NCBI GenBank assembly: GCA_031431925.1
Contig: JANPEL010000369.1
Location: 22,134-86,133 of the forward strand
Length of the DNA: 64,000 nt
Source of the DNA: Gemmatimonadota bacterium
Lineage (GTDB): Bacteria > Gemmatimonadota > Gemmatimonadetes > Gemmatimonadales > GWC2-71-9
Direction: 5' to 3'
Shown here piece by piece: positions 62,862 to 64,000 of this stretch. The translations under genes were made by a program, and so were the position numbers. The notes under the pieces were generated by a model, which made no database searches, was not told where the DNA came from, and worked only from the letters and a program-made list of their open reading frames with translations. Within the stretch, counting starts at the first letter, position 1, and each line of letters begins with the position of its first letter.

Positions 62862-64000
62862 TCGCCGCCGTCTGGGTTCTCGTCGACCTGCTCAACCGGT
62901 TGGTGTTAGGCTATTTCCTGGTCCTTAATGCCGGCTATTTGCTGTCGTCGTTGGCCGCCTTTCGGGCGCTCCGCCGGTACACCCGGCGGCTCCGGGCTCT
63001 TGATCTGAGCGATCTGCTGGCCAGTGCCGGGATGCCTCCCATCACACTGGTGGCTCCGGCCTACAACGAAGAGGCCACCTGTGTCGACGCGATTCGCTCG
63101 CTGCTGATGTTGTCCTACGCGGAGTTCGAGGTCATCGTGGTCAACGATGGTTCGCGAGACGACACCCTCGGCCGGCTTCGGGCGGCGTTCGACTTGGAGC
63201 CGGCCAATCGTCTGGCCAGCGGCACCCTCACAACCGCCACGATCGTCCAGGTCTACCGGAGCCGGGCGCACCAGAACCTCTGGGTCATCGACAAGGCCAA
63301 TGGCGGCAAGGCCGATGCGCTGAACGCCGGTCTCAATTACACCCGGACGCCCCTCTTCTGTGCCATCGACGCCGACAGCCTCCTCGAGCGCGACGCGCTG
63401 ACCCGGATCGTGCGGCCGTTTTTGGAGGACCGCACCACCGTGGCGGCCGGCGGGATTATCCGGATCGCCAACGGCTGCGTGGTTCAGGACGGCAACGTGA
63501 TCAGCATCGGGCTTCCGCCCGAGTTACTTCCCCGGCTTCAGGTGCTCGAGTATCTCCGGGCGTTTCTGGCCGGCCGGATGGGCTGGGAGGCCATCAACAG
63601 CACCTTGATCATCTCGGGGGCGTTCGGGGTCTTTCGGCGGGATGTAGTGCTCGGGGCCGGCGGGTATGCCACCGACACGGTGGGCGAAGACATGGAACTG
63701 GTTGTCCGACTCCATCGGTATTGTCGCGAACGGAAAATGCCGTACCGGATTGCCTTCGTGCCGGACCCGGTGGCGTGGACGGAGTGTCCCAACCGGGTGG
63801 CCGTGCTCCGGCGCCAGCGGGACCGCTGGCAGCGCGGGTTGATCGAGAGCCTGATCCGCCACCGCGTCATGTTGTTCAATCCCCGTTACGGGCGAATCGG
63901 GCTCCTGGCGTACCCGTTCTTTTTCTTCCTCGAGATGCTCGGGCCCGTCATTGAACTGGCCGGCTACCTGGCCTTCCTGGTAACGGTCGTGGCGGGCCGG
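62858..64000 (+). CDS. Processive family-2 glycosyltransferase (PgaC/IcaA/cellulose-synthase-like), 3' end outside window
   Basis: Frame open to the window end, so absent from the ORF track. GTG start forms GTGA with the HEAT gene stop. N-terminal TM, VVNDGSRDD, GKADALN, DADS, TVGEDMEL, and the processivity motif QRDRWQRG. Confidence 0.8.
   Translation, partial: MIAAVWVLVDLLNRLVLGYFLVLNAGYLLSSLAAFRALRRYTRRLRALDLSDLLASAGMPPITLVAPAYNEEATCVDAIRSLLMLSYAEFEVIVVNDGSRDDTLGRLRAAFDLEPANRLASGTLTTATIVQVYRSRAHQNLWVIDKANGGKADALNAGLNYTRTPLFCAIDADSLLERDALTRIVRPFLEDRTTVAAGGIIRIANGCVVQDGNVISIGLPPELLPRLQVLEYLRAFLAGRMGWEAINSTLIISGAFGVFRRDVVLGAGGYATDTVGEDMELVVRLHRYCRERKMPYRIAFVPDPVAWTECPNRVAVLRRQRDRWQRGLIESLIRHRVMLFNPRYGRIGLLAYPFFFFLEMLGPVIELAGYLAFLVTVVAGR

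Noticed and set aside
1-64000. Search for tRNA, rRNA, CRISPR repeats, transposase/integrase genes, prophage or toxin-antitoxin/defence modules
   Set aside because: Nothing recognisable was found by eye in any frame or intergenic region. The window looks like core or accessory metabolic chromosome rather than a mobile or defence island.

Overview
High-GC bacterial chromosomal segment (roughly two-thirds G+C by eye), densely coding with about 60 supported genes. I found no rRNA, tRNA, CRISPR array, transposase, integrase or phage gene. An orphan ADOP/MacB-type permease, a lipoprotein clade II NosZ, many secreted hydrolases and an STK-TPR kinase suggest a Gemmatimonadota- or Acidobacteriota-like soil organism; this is inference only. 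Main blocks in order: (1) 1-7.8 kb: TonB receptor tail, then a minus-strand run of PLP dehydratase, COG3653 amidohydrolase, putatively Tat-exported LanC-like protein and orphan ADOP permease. (2) 7.9-10.9 kb: secreted hypothetical, bicupin, quinone oxidoreductase. (3) 11.2-16.9 kb: a multi-amidoligase cassette with two ATP-grasp-type ligases, a GCS2 ligase, a C26 amidase and an esterase, with no known product. (4) 17-21.6 kb: OM barrel, TonB receptor, BNR/sialidase-like protein. (5) 21.6-28.4 kb: Rrf2 regulator divergent from a compact clade II N2O-reductase cluster, nosC-nosZ-nosB-nosL-nosD-nosF-nosY. (6) 28.4-32.6 kb: nitronate monooxygenase, STK-TPR kinase and a decayed DUF885 remnant. (7) 32.6-37.7 kb: hotdog protein, then hybrid histidine kinase, TauE and an MBL-rhodanese fusion. 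(8) 38-41.2 kb: alpha/beta hydrolase and S9 peptidase. (9) 41.3-44.4 kb: translationally coupled mtnP-apt-mtnA-class II aldolase. (10) 44.4-58.7 kb: a hydrolase-rich stretch with a second amidohydrolase/PLP-dehydratase pair, a third PLP paralog, GNAT, methyltransferase, two amidohydrolases, an M28 peptidase, a class A-like and two tandem class C-like serine hydrolases, and DinB. (11) 58.6-64 kb: frameshifted DUF983, S8-PKD protease, an AT-rich 342-nt intergenic region, then Hpt-REC, a HEAT-repeat protein and a processive GT2 synthase cut by the window edge. Thirteen 4-nt ATGA/GTGA start-stop overlaps support the operon calls. The best candidates for undescribed biology are the amidoligase cassette, the LanC-like/amidohydrolase/PLP/ADOP operon, the Hpt-REC/HEAT/GT2 module and the Rrf2-nos regulatory link. 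Many long listed ORFs are antisense artefacts of high GC and were rejected. All calls come from reading the sequence and translations only; no searches were run.
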